From the NCBI RefSeq assembly GCF_006345805.1, contig NC_042997.1:99200001-99264000 (forward strand): DNA of 64,000 nucleotides, read 5' to 3'. This DNA comes from Octopus sinensis (taxonomy: Eukaryota). The notes beneath the pieces are model-generated. The model was not told where the DNA came from. It saw only the letters and a list, made by a program, of their open reading frames with translations, and did no database searches. The position numbers and the translations under genes were made by a program. Positions 25,524 through 38,039 of this stretch are shown here, piece after piece. Within the stretch, counting starts at the first letter, position 1. Each line of letters starts with the position of its first letter.

Positions 25524-25882
25524 TAACAAGAGCACTCAGACCTCCTCCAAGGCAACACCCACGTCCTCTCAACGATTAGCCGGAGAGGATTTTTAAAATA
25601 AGAATATCTGAAATAAACTCGACTGCTCTCACAAACGAGAATACTAAGAATGAATCCGACCGCTCCCAAAAATTAAGTAAGGAAAACGGAAAAATAATTA
25701 AGAATCCTTGTCCGGTATCGGATCGATGCCAAAATCTAATCACTTCGTGGCAGGTATGAGGCCAATCATCTCTGAACGTTTCATCCGAATCCATCCAGCG
25801 GTTCATGAGATATCTTGTTCACGATCAAGCAAGCAAACACGAATGAAAACAATACTTCCGCCTTCGCTAAGGCAGAGCTAAT
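25524..25882. mobile_element. Helentron/DINE-1-like non-autonomous element
   Basis: Starts aacaagagcactcag, has an internal (CAAG)n-type run, and ends with hairpin cttccgcctt-cgct-aaggcagag followed by taataa. Confidence 0.45.
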
Positions 25883-26279
25883 AATCCTTTCTACTACGGG
25901 CACAAGGTCTAAAATTTGAGGTAGGGATATGCAGATTATATCGACTTCAGTACTCAATGGTACTTAATTTATTGACCCCGAAAGGATGAAAGCTGAAGTC
26001 GACCTCGGCGGAATTTGAACTCAGAACGTTGCGGCAGACGAAATACCTATTTCTTTACTACCCACAAGGGGCCAAACACAGAGAGAAAAACAAGGACAGA
26101 CAAACGGATTAAATCGATTACATCGACCCCAGTGCGTAACTGGTACTTAATTTATCGACCCCGAAAGGATGAGAGGCAAAGTCGACCTCGGCGGAATTTA
26201 AACTCAGAACGTAACGGCATACGAAATACGGCTACGCATTTCGCCCGGCGTGCTAATGTTTTTACCAGCTCACCACCTT
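25883..26279 (-). mobile_element. SINE family A, head plus two bodies
   Basis: Same internal junction gacgaaatacc|tatttcttt at ~26047. Confidence 0.88.
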
Positions 26280-26333
26280 AACAACAACAACAACAACAAC
26301 AACGACGACGACGACGACAATAATAATAGTAAT

Positions 26334-26394
<61 letters not shown>

Positions 26395-26397
<3 letters not shown>

Positions 26398-26705
26398 GCC
26401 TTGATGCTGTACCAATGCCCTGATGTTGTACCTATGCCCTGATGCAGTACCAGACAGTGGCTCTCATGGCTTCTGATCTTAACTGATTGGAACTGTTATC
26501 ATGTACATTGTTTTGTCTTGGTATAAAAGATGGGCTACAGCAAATATTCTACTCAATACCACAGATTTGCTTGTCAGTTGTTTGACCTTAACCAGTTGAC
26601 CATGTTCCTTAGTGGCTAACGATATGTGCATCTCTGACCGCGAGCAGAAGTAGTGGGGGCGCATCATAGCCGTGTGTTGAAAGGAATTCTTGGAGGTTTG
26701 GATAA
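26395..26705 (-). mobile_element. Non-LTR element 3' end with (TTA)n tail and triplicated 19-bp terminal motif
   Basis: aatgccttgatgctgtacc / aatgccctgatgttgtacc / tatgccctgatgcagtacc abuts (TAA)n at 26320-26394. Confidence 0.45.
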
Positions 26706-27462
26706 ACCTTCTAAGCGAAGGCTACCTAGACTTTCGAGAATAATATTATTCAATACCCATCCAAGTTTTTTTGTTATACCCACCAGGTTCATAGTGTCTG
26801 ATTTAACGATAAAAAAATGTCACAATTTCGACAAGGAAAATAATTTACATAGCATGAATAATATATGAAGTAATTAAAGAAATATGTTGATTTCCTTACA
26901 AAATAACAATACATGGTTTATATACTGTAATATTACAATTTATGATAGCATTCTCTCCTTCGTTCTGGTGGACATGTTTCTGTGGTGGTACACTGTACGT
27001 AATATTTGGAATTTCCTAATCCTTGTGTCAAATATTAAAATCTCACCCATAATTTAATTACTGATGCTCCTTCTATATTCATCAAATTTACAATTATAGT
27101 TACAATTATATATATCACTTCGATGTTCTGTTTTTAAGTGACAACTCATTAAGCTTCCTCCTTTTTCTTTGATAAATCATCATATTCTGTGCATTGGCTG
27201 TTACATTAACCTTCCACGAATCCCATACATTTGCATACTTTCATGGGAGTCCAACTCACTCAATGCTAATTTTATTAATTTTCATTCTAGATATTCTGAT
27301 TTTGGTCAGTCTGCCTCGGGACTGACATTGCGAGACTATTGATCGCAATAATCTCGTTCTGCGATTTCAATTAAAACTTCAAAGCGTCGCGTATTCGAGG
27401 ATAGGATGTGTTTGTGATGTTTTCTTTTCCCATGGTGTGTACTGGATGTTATCACTTCAGTA

Positions 27463-27574
27463 ATAACCACGACATTTGTACACTTTCCTCATCACCAAGT
27501 TATTTGTGCAATTTTCTCATAACCAACTTATTTGTACACTTTCCTCATCACCAACATGTTTGTACAATTTCTTC
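27463..27574. repeat. 28-bp minisatellite x4
   Basis: ataaccacgacatttgtacactttcctc / atcaccaagttatttgtgcaattttctc / ataaccaacttatttgtacactttcctc / atcaccaacatgtttgtacaatttcttc. Confidence 0.85.
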
Positions 27575-27749
27575 AGTTAACATTATGCTGGTTTCTTTCA
27601 TATGCCTGAATATTTCCTGACTTAAGCACTCCTGACTTGTGTGTCACGACAACAAATTGATGTTTGTGTATCCGTTCAAATTGTACATATTCGTAGAGTA
27701 TTACTTACTCTATAGCAACTCATATTTCGTGTTCTTTATCGCAGGCAAA

Positions 27750-28490
27750 TAACGGATTTCAAGTAGAAGCAACGTTCTGTCATGTAGTTTTTAACAAAGG
27801 AGAGATGTAGGATAGCTGACCTACTCAGAAGGCTATCGATTTGTTTCAAAAAGTGGTACCATTAACAAGAGCAGTGCGCATAGATGGATGGAAACATTTT
27901 AAAAAGGGGAAAGAGTATTGACGGGATACTACACAAAAGGAGACCAATGACACGCAGCGAGTGGACGAATTGATTCGCGTGGGCAAATGAGTCACAATCC
28001 ATGAACTTCTTCCGCTATTACACCGAGGTCACAATGTATTACAGACCATGGTGGAAGACTTAGGACTTCGGAAAATGTGTGAAACGTGGGTATCTTGGCA
28101 GTTGATACCAGATGCAAAATAGAGAAGGCTGGAACTCTGCTCTGATCTACTTGAAGCGTTTGAAGACAAAAATTTTTGTTCCGATCTGGTTATACGACGT
28201 GGAATAAGGGCATATGTGCAGGATTCGGAAAGATCCATAGAAAAGCACCATACAACTTTTCTAAAGCCTCAGAAATTCAAGATCCACCGATTTTCAGAGA
28301 AAGTTTTCGTGACTGCTTTTTGTGATTACAAAGGCGTCATTCTCCTTCATTTTCTGAAAAGTGATTCAACTGTCAACAGCGAGCTGTAGAGGAGGACACT
28401 CAAAAAGCGTAAAGAAGACATTAAAAGAAAGAAGCAAAACAAGAATCGGAAATTGATCCGCGTTCACCGTGACAATGCGTGACAACACGC
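27750..28490 (+). mobile_element. Mariner transposase remnant
   Basis: KQRSVM.FL, GLRKMCETWVSWQL (WVPxxL motif), KVFVTAFCDYKGVILLHFLKSDSTVNS and HRDNA*QH (HDNARPH), with stops. Confidence 0.8.
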
Positions 28491-28590
28491 AGGCTATCAG
28501 TAAATTGAGCTGCCCAGTGATCACACACATACACATGCGCGCACGTGAACATAACAAAAACACGTACATATGTAAATATATATATATATA

Positions 28591-28622
<32 letters not shown>

Positions 28623-28793
28623 ATAAATATTAGGGAATAAATCCAAATTTACAGGGAAAAAATCAGATTTATGATTAAATCGATTTATAGTAAAATATTA
28701 TAAAATATTATTCGAGACAAAACCACTATTTTGCAAAACAAACAAGGAAAGACTATTAATACATAAAATTTTAATAAATAGTCAAAAAAACCG

Positions 28794-28836
28794 CCACTAC
28801 AATCGTTTCTTGTCTTGATCGACAATCTTCAGGTGG
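28794..28836 (-). ncRNA. Minimal type I hammerhead ribozyme motif
   Basis: Minus strand: CCAC-CTGAAGA-TTGTC-gatcaa-GACAA-GAAA-C-gatt-GTA-GTGG. Confidence 0.8.
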
Positions 28837-29289
28837 ACTTCCAATCTAAAAAATCAATATTTTAAAATATAAAAATAATAATTTTAAAATAATTAAAGTA
28901 TGAATGAAAAAATATAAGTATATAATCCATATATAACCTATCTATAATCCATATATAAACAATATATAAACAATATAAACTAAAAAAACCTATCAACAAT
29001 TAAATATAAAATATAAAATATAAAATATAAAATATAAAATATAAAACAAAACAAAAAAAATAATAATATAATAATAAACTATATATACACCCATACGCAT
29101 ATACCTAATTATATATAACCATATCTAACTACATACACTAAATCACACACCTATATATATATCCCTATACATACACATAAAAATGTCTAGGCAACTATAA
29201 ATAAATAAAATAGCTAAATACTTCAACACAATACTATTCATACTCCCACACACACACACATACAACCCACATTCACGCTCTAGAAAACG

Positions 29290-32200
29290 GACATCACTCA
29301 AAACTATGAACGGAGAAATGGAATAAATGGAATTAAAAATTATATACACTTGGTAAAAACAACACTACTTAAAAATTATGAATGAAACAATGCAATAAAA
29401 CAACAGACATCGCAATATACACAAATTACTACAAATTCCTTATCAAACCTACCATGATAACCAAAATTCATAAAAACATATAATGATAAAATCTCCCTTT
29501 ACTAAACTCTATAACAAACCTATATAGCAATCCCCCTAACCTAAACATTCACACACGTAAACCACACACCCACGACATATACAAATACCCACACCACTTA
29601 CACATACCAATACATACATATAAACCTCAACATATACTCCAAAAACCCACTCAACCCCACACAGACAAATAAACACAAAAATTATGAATGGATTCATTTA
29701 TAAAACTACCATGATAATCTAAAACTCACAAAACAGAAATGATAAAACCTCCCTTTACTAAACACTAAAACATACTTATATAGCAATTCTTTTAACCTAT
29801 ACATTCACACACCAACCCACTCGTAAACCACACACCCATAACAAATACAAACTCCCACCCCACTCACACACACCCACAAGTACATATAAGCCTCAACATA
29901 TACACCAAACAAAATTACTTTACCAAGGAACTTAACATATATATAAAAAGTATAACCGCTCTGGAAACGAACATCTCTAAATTAATGAATGGAGAAATGG
30001 AATAAATGGAATTAAAAATAAAATTCACGTGGCAAAACGAACACCACTCAAAAATTATGAATGAAACAATATAATAAAACAACCAACATCGAAAATAGAC
30101 AAATTACTACGAATTCCCTAAAAAAACCATGATAAACCAAAACTCTTAAAAAACATATAACGATAAAATCTCCCTTTGCTAAACTCTATAACAAACCTAT
30201 ATAGTAATCCCCCTAACCTAAACATTCACACACAAACACACACGTAAACCACATACCCACGACTTATACACATACGTAAACTAACTTATAAACCTCCATA
30301 TACACCAAAACCCACTCCCTCCCACACAGACAAATTAACTCATACATCCCAAAACCTAAATAACAAACCCATATACACATTCACACACAAACACACACAC
30401 ACGCAAAACACACAAACACAACATATACATATACTCCCTCACATATACGCATATACATACTCACTAAACTCAATATATACAACATATTTACACACCCACA
30501 CTCATACAGATAAATAAATTATACAACTAAAAACTCGCACACAATCTCATATACATAAACACTCCTATGAAAACAACATTAAATACATCGTAATTAACCA
30601 GAATATCAAAATAACAATATGACATAAAGGTAAATAAAATACATACTTACAATTCAGTGTCAAATTATGAAGTGAAATTAAATTCTTAGCCGTTAAAAAA
30701 TCAAACCAAAATTACGTTACCATAGAAATAACTTATGTAAAAAAAGACTAACAATCAACTTACAGTAACCCAAACCCATTCTCTATGCCTACCTCACTAC
30801 TACACTATTCCATTCACAATTCCAAACAACGCTAGTCCACCTCCCGGTTATTCACGTGGCAAAACGAACACCACTCAAAAATTATGAATGAAACAATGTA
30901 ATAAAACAACCAACATCGAAAATAGACAAATTACCACGAATTCCCTAAAAAAACCATGATAAACCAAAACTCCTAAAAACATATAACGATAAATCTCCCT
31001 TTGCTAAACTCTATAACAAACCTATATAGCAATCTCCCTAACCTAAACATTCACACACAAATACACACTCGTAAACCACAGACCCACTACTTATACACAT
31101 ACCTATACTAATTTATAAACCTCAATATACACCAAAACCCACTCCCTCCCACACAGACAAATTAACACATACATCCCAAACCTAAATAACAAACCCATAT
31201 ACACATTCACACACAAACACACACACACGCAAAACACACACACACAACAGATACATATACTCCCTCACATATACGCATATACATACTCACTAAACTCGAT
31301 ATATACAACAATATTTACACACCCACACTCATACAGATAAATAAATTATACAACTAAAAAACTCGCACACAATCTCATATACATAAACACACCTATGAAA
31401 ACAACATTAAATACATCGTAATTACCAGAATATCAAAATAACAATATGACATAAGGATAAATAAAATACATACTTACAATTCAGTGTCAAATTATGAAGT
31501 GAAATTAAATTCTTAGCCGTTAAAAAAATCAAAGCAAAATTACGTTACCATAGAAATAACTTATGTAAAAAAAGAATACGCGCCATGGAAAGTAAACGTC
31601 ATTTAAATTATGAATGGAGAAATAGGAAAATGGAACTAAAAACTATATCCACGTGGCAAACCAACACTACTTAAAAAAACTTTTATTATGAATGGATTCT
31701 TTAAAAAACTACCATTAAAAATCATTATATACATCTATGAACTTTAGCTCACCTTAGCATCTCTAACAAACAACTTGCAGTAACCCAAACCCATTCTCTA
31801 TGCCTACCTCACTACTACACTATTCCATTCACAATTCCAAGCAACGCTAGTCCACCACCCGGTTATTCACGTGGCAAAACTAACACCACTCAAAAATTAT
31901 GAATGAAATAATGTAATAAAACAACCAACATCGAAAATAGACAAATTACCACGAATTCCCTAAAATAACCATGATAAACCAAAACTCATAAAAACATATA
32001 ACGATAAAATCTCCCTTTGCTAAACTCTATAACAAACCTATATAGTAATCCCCCTAAACATTCACACACAAATACACACTCGTAAACCACAATCCACGAC
32101 TTATACACATACCTATCCTAATTTATAAACCTCAATATACACCAAAACCCACTCCCTCCCACACAGACAAATTAACACATACATCCCAAACCTAAATAAC

Positions 32201-32875
32201 AACCCATATACACATTCACACACAAACACACACACACACAAAAAACACACACACACACAGATACATATACTCCCTCACATATACTCATATATATACTCAC
32301 TAAACTCGATATATACAACAATATTTACACACCCACACTCATACAGATAAATAAAATATACAACTAAAAACTCACACACAATCTCATATACATAAAACTC
32401 CTATGAAAACAACATTAAATACATCGTAATTAACCAGAATATCAAAATAACAATATGACATAAGGATAAATAAAATACATACTACAAGTCAATTTCAAAT
32501 AATGAAGTGAAATTAAATTCTTAGCCGTTAAAAAAACCAAACCAAAATTACGTTACCATAGAAATAACTTATGTAAAAAAAAGAGAGAATACACGCCATA
32601 GAAATTAAACGTCATTTAAATTATGAATGGAGAAATAGAATAAATGGAACTAAAACTATATCCACGTAGCAAACCAACTCTACGTAAAAAAATTTATAAT
32701 GAATGGATTCTTTAAAAAACTACCATGAAAAACCATTATATACATTTATGAGCTTAACTCACCCTATCAGCTCTAACAAACAACCTACAGCAACCCAAAC
32801 CTATTCCCGATACCTACCTCACTACCACACTAATCAATTCCCAATTCCAAGCAACGCTAGTCCACCACCCGGTTA
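29290..32875. repeat. Four tandem C/A-rich, G-poor units of ~0.7-1.0 kb
   Basis: cacgtggcaaaac(g/t)aacaccactcaaaaattatgaatgaaa at ~30026, 30853 and 31868, with a diverged copy at ~29347. atgaatggagaaat..aaatggaa at ~29305, 29984, 31610 and 32623. Confidence 0.9.
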
Positions 32876-32984
32876 CAATTCCCAACTCCACCCATTAATT
32901 CACAATTTCAACGACATTCGCCTCCACAACGCTACATATAAGCCTCAACATATACACCGGAGATACACTTACACATCCATGCGG

Positions 32985-33480
32985 ATGGGTGAGAGTATAC
33001 ATTGAGTGTAATGATGGGGCTCTCATTACTATACACATTTGTACCTATGTGGTAGTCTCCATGTGTATATTACGCACGGGTATAAATAACTGCAGGGGGT
33101 ACACGCGCACGTCGTTTACGTGTACCCCTCACATGTACATATGCATGCTATTTGGGCTCGATATATGCAACAATGTAATCGCGCCCGCATACATGCATAT
33201 GGGCGAATTGCACAATCAAAAAACGCACACGTGTGTGTGTGCGTTCCCTAGTTGTGCAATTCACCCATCTGGGTGTGAGTGGGTGTAATCTTATCACTAT
33301 GGATGTCAAGCTTAATACGTATTTATATAAGTATGTATTAGGGGGTTGTACGTATTAATTGTGTACATGTGCTTCACGCACTTACGTCCATATATGGATG
33401 AATATATTGGGATTACTATGTGGGTGTAAATTGGGTATGGAGGGGGGAATTTTGTCATTGTATGGGTGTGGGTTTCATTT
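32985..33480 (+). other. ~500-nt imperfect hairpin centred at ~33234, rich in G.U pairs on the + strand
   Basis: atgggcgaattgcacaa pairs with ttgtgcaattcacccat. 33039-33066 pairs with 33402-33429 (17 Watson-Crick, 10 G.U, 1 mismatch, counted by hand). Confidence 0.8.
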
Positions 33481-33819
33481 ATGATAGTGGTTAGTTGGTG
33501 ATTTTTAGTATGTTCTATATATTTGGGTTAGTTATGTATTATTCTAAAGTGTATAATTGTATACATATAGTTTGTGTGAATGGGATTACGCCCATTTTTG
33601 GGGATGTATGTGTTTATTTATCCATGTGGGGCGGGAGTGGCCGTTAGGTGTATATGCCGAGGCTCACATGCAATTCCAGGTATTGTTTATATATTGTTTA
33701 TATATGGATTATAGATAGGTTATATATGGATTATATACTTATATTTTTTCATTCATACTTTAATTATTTTAAAATTATTATTTTTATATTTTAAAATATT
33801 GATTTTTTAGATTGGAAGT

Positions 33820-33862
33820 CCACCTGAAGATTGTCGATCAAGACAAGAAACGATTGTAGTGG
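33820..33862 (+). ncRNA. Minimal type I hammerhead ribozyme motif
   Basis: Stem I CCAC/GTGG; CTGAAGA 33824-33830; stem II TTGTC/GACAA; GAAA 33847-33850; stem III AC-gatt-GT; predicted cleavage after A33858. Confidence 0.8.
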
Positions 33863-34369
33863 CGGTTTTTTTGACTATTTATTAAAATTTTATGTATTAA
33901 TTAGTCTTTCCTTGTTTGTTTTGCAAAATAGTGGTTTTGTCTCGAATAATATTTTATATATATATATATATATATATTATATATTATATATTATATATTA
34001 CATATTATATATTATATATATGAGATGTCTTGGGATCCAGAACCCAAAATGCAGGAAAGGTTATGTAATTGCTACGGAAGGACCGTTGTTAAACTCTCGG
34101 TTCAATAATAGCATGAGTGAGGAATCTAAGACAGGTAGTGTGTGAGCGTGTATATGTTAGATAAAGTAACATAACAAGGCCAAGGCAATTTGATATTCCT
34201 ATGACATTTATAAATAGAAAGGTGGTCTTACAGTTTTTTTCAGGAAAAAAATGATATCCCATCATCAGAGACGAGTTAACAGAGCTTCAGTAGAAAGAAT
34301 TAGTAGAGTTCGTTTCTTTTCAGAGTTATTCTGGAGAGGGAGAGATATACACGTATCCGGACGATATAA

Positions 34370-35257
34370 TATTTCTGAATATTTTAAAACAGGAAACATT
34401 CGCTATACACTAAGTAAGTAAGTGTTTTCGACTTTTCGACATCCACAGTACAGTAGTATTCGATATAACAACAGACTATCATCCGTGCTAAAAAGAAAGG
34501 AAAAGGAAAAAAATGGCTTACTCATTACTTGAATTGGGGGTGGTAACTGCGTAAGAATAAATGGCAGTGTGAAATCATAGGGTTTCAGTTTAAGTCTTGG
34601 CAGAATGACCTATAATGATTACTTTCTGTAGCAATGCTGCTTTCAGTCGTGTTTATATAACTAGAATATTCGAATTCTTATTCCATTAGAAAACGCATTA
34701 GCCTTATTTAAATTTTCTAATAGGATTACAACAATCCGTTTTGCGAGATTAAATTATAGGGAAACTCCATCAAAATTACAGGTGCTGCTTACAAACTCGT
34801 TTGGATAATTGTACATATTGTCTTCATCATTGCAGTGGTTGTTTCTCCATCAAATGTGTTGAAAATTTTCTCATTTGTAAAATCAACATCATTGGCTGGG
34901 GACAGTATTGCACTCAAGGAACTAGTAAGCTAGCCGAAACTTGCGTTATCATTCAACATTTATTCGATAAAATTTCAAAATCATCTAGAAGGTTAATCTT
35001 GCCATCCTATTGTTTGTTCAACATGTGAATTAAAAATCAGTATTTTTTTATGAAATCTCATAATCTTGAAAAGTATCAATTTCGTCAATTTCTTACAAAT
35101 AAAAAAAGACTGTTCGTGATAGAACTTTGTGAATTGTCTTTATGGGAGCAAGTGTTAGTCGAAAATCGCCTAGAAAGAGTATGAGCTTGCCGCAGAAAGA
35201 TATCCTTTTGAAAAACTATCGAAATTTGAGATGGAAAGCTTCCTTTACATACCTAGA
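34370..35257 (-). pseudogene. Helitron PIF1-family helicase remnant, C-terminal part
   Basis: FCGKLILFLGDFRLTLAPI (cf. FGGK..L.GDFRQ.LPV), VILLENLNKANAFSNGIRI (cf. LLRNL...GLCNGTRL) and VILPRLKLKPYDFTLPF. Confidence 0.75.
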
Positions 35258-35259
35258 TA

Positions 35260-36693
35260 CAATGTGGTATCAAACGGTTCCCGGAGTAGTTATGTTTAAC
35301 AAACAAATAACTTATTTATCTAAGTTTTAACATCATCCCCTTCGAAGTAGTCTTCTTGCGCAGCAATACACCGGTTCCAGCGATCCAGCCACTTTTGGAA
35401 TCCGGCCTGAAAGTCGTTTACTGTAAGTGAGTCGAGTATCTTCTGCGATTTTCTCTGGATCTCGACAACGATGTTAAAACGGCGATCTTTGAGCTGCATT
35501 TTTACATTGGGGAAGAGGTGCTAATCTGTAGGTGTTAAATCTGGCAAATGGGATGGGTGCCGAAGCAAAACCATGCTGTTTTTGGTGTGAAACTCACGAT
35601 TGAGGAGAGCTCGTGAAGAATTCAATTCTTCGCAAACCATAGATCCGGTCGCTTTCGCCGAATGTCCTCCCTCAAAGCTTCCAAATATCGTGATAGAAAT
35701 CTCGATTGACGGTTTGACCCTTGGAAAAGAATTCTCGATGCACAATACAGCGTATGTCGAAAAATCAATGAGGATGCTCTTGATTGAACTGCGGTCGTGA
35801 AGATGAAGGGTTCTTCCATTGTGACAGCTACTGCTTCGTCTCAGGGTCTTACCCGTAGACCCAACTCGCGTCACCGGTAATGATCCTCGATAGATTTCGA
35901 CGCGATATTCCTTCTGTTCAGAGGAACAAACTTCGTAGATACACGCCACTTGTTCAATTCAGACGTTACGATTGCCTACATGGACACATACGGCTGACCA
36001 ACAACGGTTCTCATGCACAAGCTGATGAATTTTCTCCACATTTGCGGGGGTAACGCTCGTGGCAGGTCTTACAGATCGCTCATCGTCTTTGAGGAACTTT
36101 CTCCTGCTCTTGAAGCGCCAGTACCCCTCGAAACATTGTTGTTTTTTGGCGAAAAACTCACGAGTGAGAAGAGCTCAGCAACAGGATGTATTTTCATCGT
36201 GAAGAATCCAATTCCTCACGCTCCACAGATCCCGTTGTCTTTCACCGAATGTCCTCCCTTAAAACGCTTCAAGACGTCGCAGAAGAACTCTCGATCGACG
36301 GTCTGGTTCTGGGAGAAGAATTCTCAATGCACAATACCACATTTTCAGGGATCACGTTCGTGGCAGGTCTTTCAGATCACTCATCTTCTTCCAATGACGT
36401 TCTTTCGCTTTTGAAGTGCCCGTGCCACTCGTAACATTGCGTTCGACCTATTGCCTAGTCGCCGTAAACTTGCCAAAGCATGCTGAATGTCTCTGTTTTA
36501 CACGCTGGCTCTTTGTTCTGTCTATGACAAAAATCGCAGACTACAGCATACACGTGATCGCAAAAACACAAATTTCACAACCTGCGATGTAAACACAGCG
36601 GTGTCACTCGGCGCACTGCCTCATGAAAATCACTGTGCTGCCACCTGTTGGCGCACTATAGAACTAGTCCGGGAACTTTTTGATGCAACCGCG
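35260..36693 (-). mobile_element. Mariner DNA transposon, decayed, with TIRs and TA duplication
   Basis: TIRs atcaaacggttcccggagtagtt / aactagtccgggaactttttgat; TA at 35258-59 and 36694-95. LREDIRRKRPDLW, HPSHLPDLTPTD (YSPDL motif) and WLDRWNRCIAAQEDYFEGD. Internal duplication 36140-36340 vs 35580-35750. Confidence 0.9.
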
Positions 36694-36695
36694 TA

Positions 36696-37200
36696 TTTAC
36701 AGTGTTCCATTCCAACGGTTGAAACCACTGTCTGTTTTTTTTTGTTTTTTTTTACTGTTTTCATTGGGCTTTTTCCTTTGCGTTGACAAACAATATTACA
36801 AACAGGATAGAAGTCAACGGAAACTGAAATATGGAATGTTGAAGGAATCGTAGAATCTCTTTCTTTAATAGAACAATGCGGCCATTCCTAAAGGTGCAAC
36901 AGCGGCATCTGGTTGATTAAAATATGCTTCCACGTATTCAATATGTGTTCCATTGAAATATGTGCTTCTGAATGCAGTACGACCATTAACAAAGGAAATA
37001 TTTTGACTTAGGTTATAGCTTTACATGGCATTCATAATAGTATCCAAAACATGTTGATCTTGCTTTAACGTTCCTTTCCGATGGTTCGATTCAGTTCTTT
37101 AAGGTTATAGTTGGCAATATCTGAAGGTGATTGAAAAGAAATAGATATGGTACAGACAACCTAATTAAGGAATTGATGAAGGGAAGTTCCATTTCGGATA
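36696..37200 (-). pseudogene. Helitron PIF1-family helicase remnant, N-terminal part
   Basis: QHVLDTIMNA, FVNGRTAFRSTY (decayed Walker A, cf. FVDGPGGTGKTY) and AVAPLGMAAL..SFNIP (cf. AVASSGIAA.LL..GRT.HS.FKIP). Confidence 0.7.
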
Positions 37201-37603
37201 CAGGAAGTTTGTAAATCAGAGATAACACATTTTTCATTTTACAATTCATTTATTATCATCGGTACGATGTTGTAGTGGATGATTTTCGACTGCAGAAACC
37301 ATGTAATTTTGAAACGAGTCACAAAACCTGTTGCCACAAAATCCATTAATGTCCAATATTTGATTGTAGATATAATCTGCCTATCGGCTCATTTTCCATA
37401 TTTCCCCTTTCATAATTAATTTTTGCCTGGGCTTCTACTTATTCAAACTTTCTCCCCACCCTCTCTTTTTCTCTCTCTCTCTCTTCTTTCTCCACCTCTC
37501 TCTCTCTCTCTCTCTCTCTCTCGCTCTCTCTTTCTCTCTTTGTGTATACCTAATGTCAAAACCGAAGAAGTGAGCAAAATAAGCTACAATGTTGTTGGTA
37601 ATA

Positions 37604-37820
37604 ACCCTTTCTATTAAAGGCACAAGGCCTGAGATTTTGGAGGAGGAGCCTAGTCAGTTACATCGACCCCAGTGTTTCATTGGTACTTAAATTTTTCGAA
37701 CCCGGAAGGATGAATGGCAAAGTCGAGTTCGGCGGAATTTGAACTCATATCGTAAAGATGGGCGAAATGCTGCTAAGTATTTTGCCAGCCATGCTAACGA
37801 CTCTGCCAGCTCGCCGCCCT
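37604..37820 (-). mobile_element. SINE family A
   Basis: Family consensus from ctttctattaaaggcacaagg to ctgccagctcgccgcc. Confidence 0.85.
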
Positions 37821-38039
37821 GTTGGTGATTACAAAGACACACATTATGGCTTAGTTCAAGAAAGAGTGGATAACACTGACCCGGGATATTGACCTATGTT
37901 TCTTGTATCAATCTCAGAGTGCTGAAACGATAAATGGACCTCAAATGTTACTGTGAGGTTATTTGGGATGAAATCGATCTGTACTGATATGGTATTTTAT
38001 AGTTTCACCCCATGGGATATACAGCCTTACAGGGTAGTT

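Larger units (their letters stand above)
28632..33958. mobile_element. Non-coding Penelope-type foldback element in (TA)n with inverted ribozyme-bearing ends
   Basis: 28699-28976 is a near-perfect reverse complement of 33681-33958 (I see one 1-bp indel). Both ends abut (TA)n. The interior is C/A-rich tandem units, then a hairpin, then a G/T-rich segment. Confidence 0.75.

Noticed and set aside
28980-32960. Mitochondrial control-region-like or NUMT appearance (C/A skew)
   Set aside because: No mitochondrial gene, rRNA or tRNA is recognisable, and the region is bounded by hammerhead-bearing inverted ends.
32703-33288. ORFs of 100 and 99 aa inside the foldback
   Set aside because: Likely chance products of the skewed composition; equivalent segments in the other tandem units do not appear in the ORF track.
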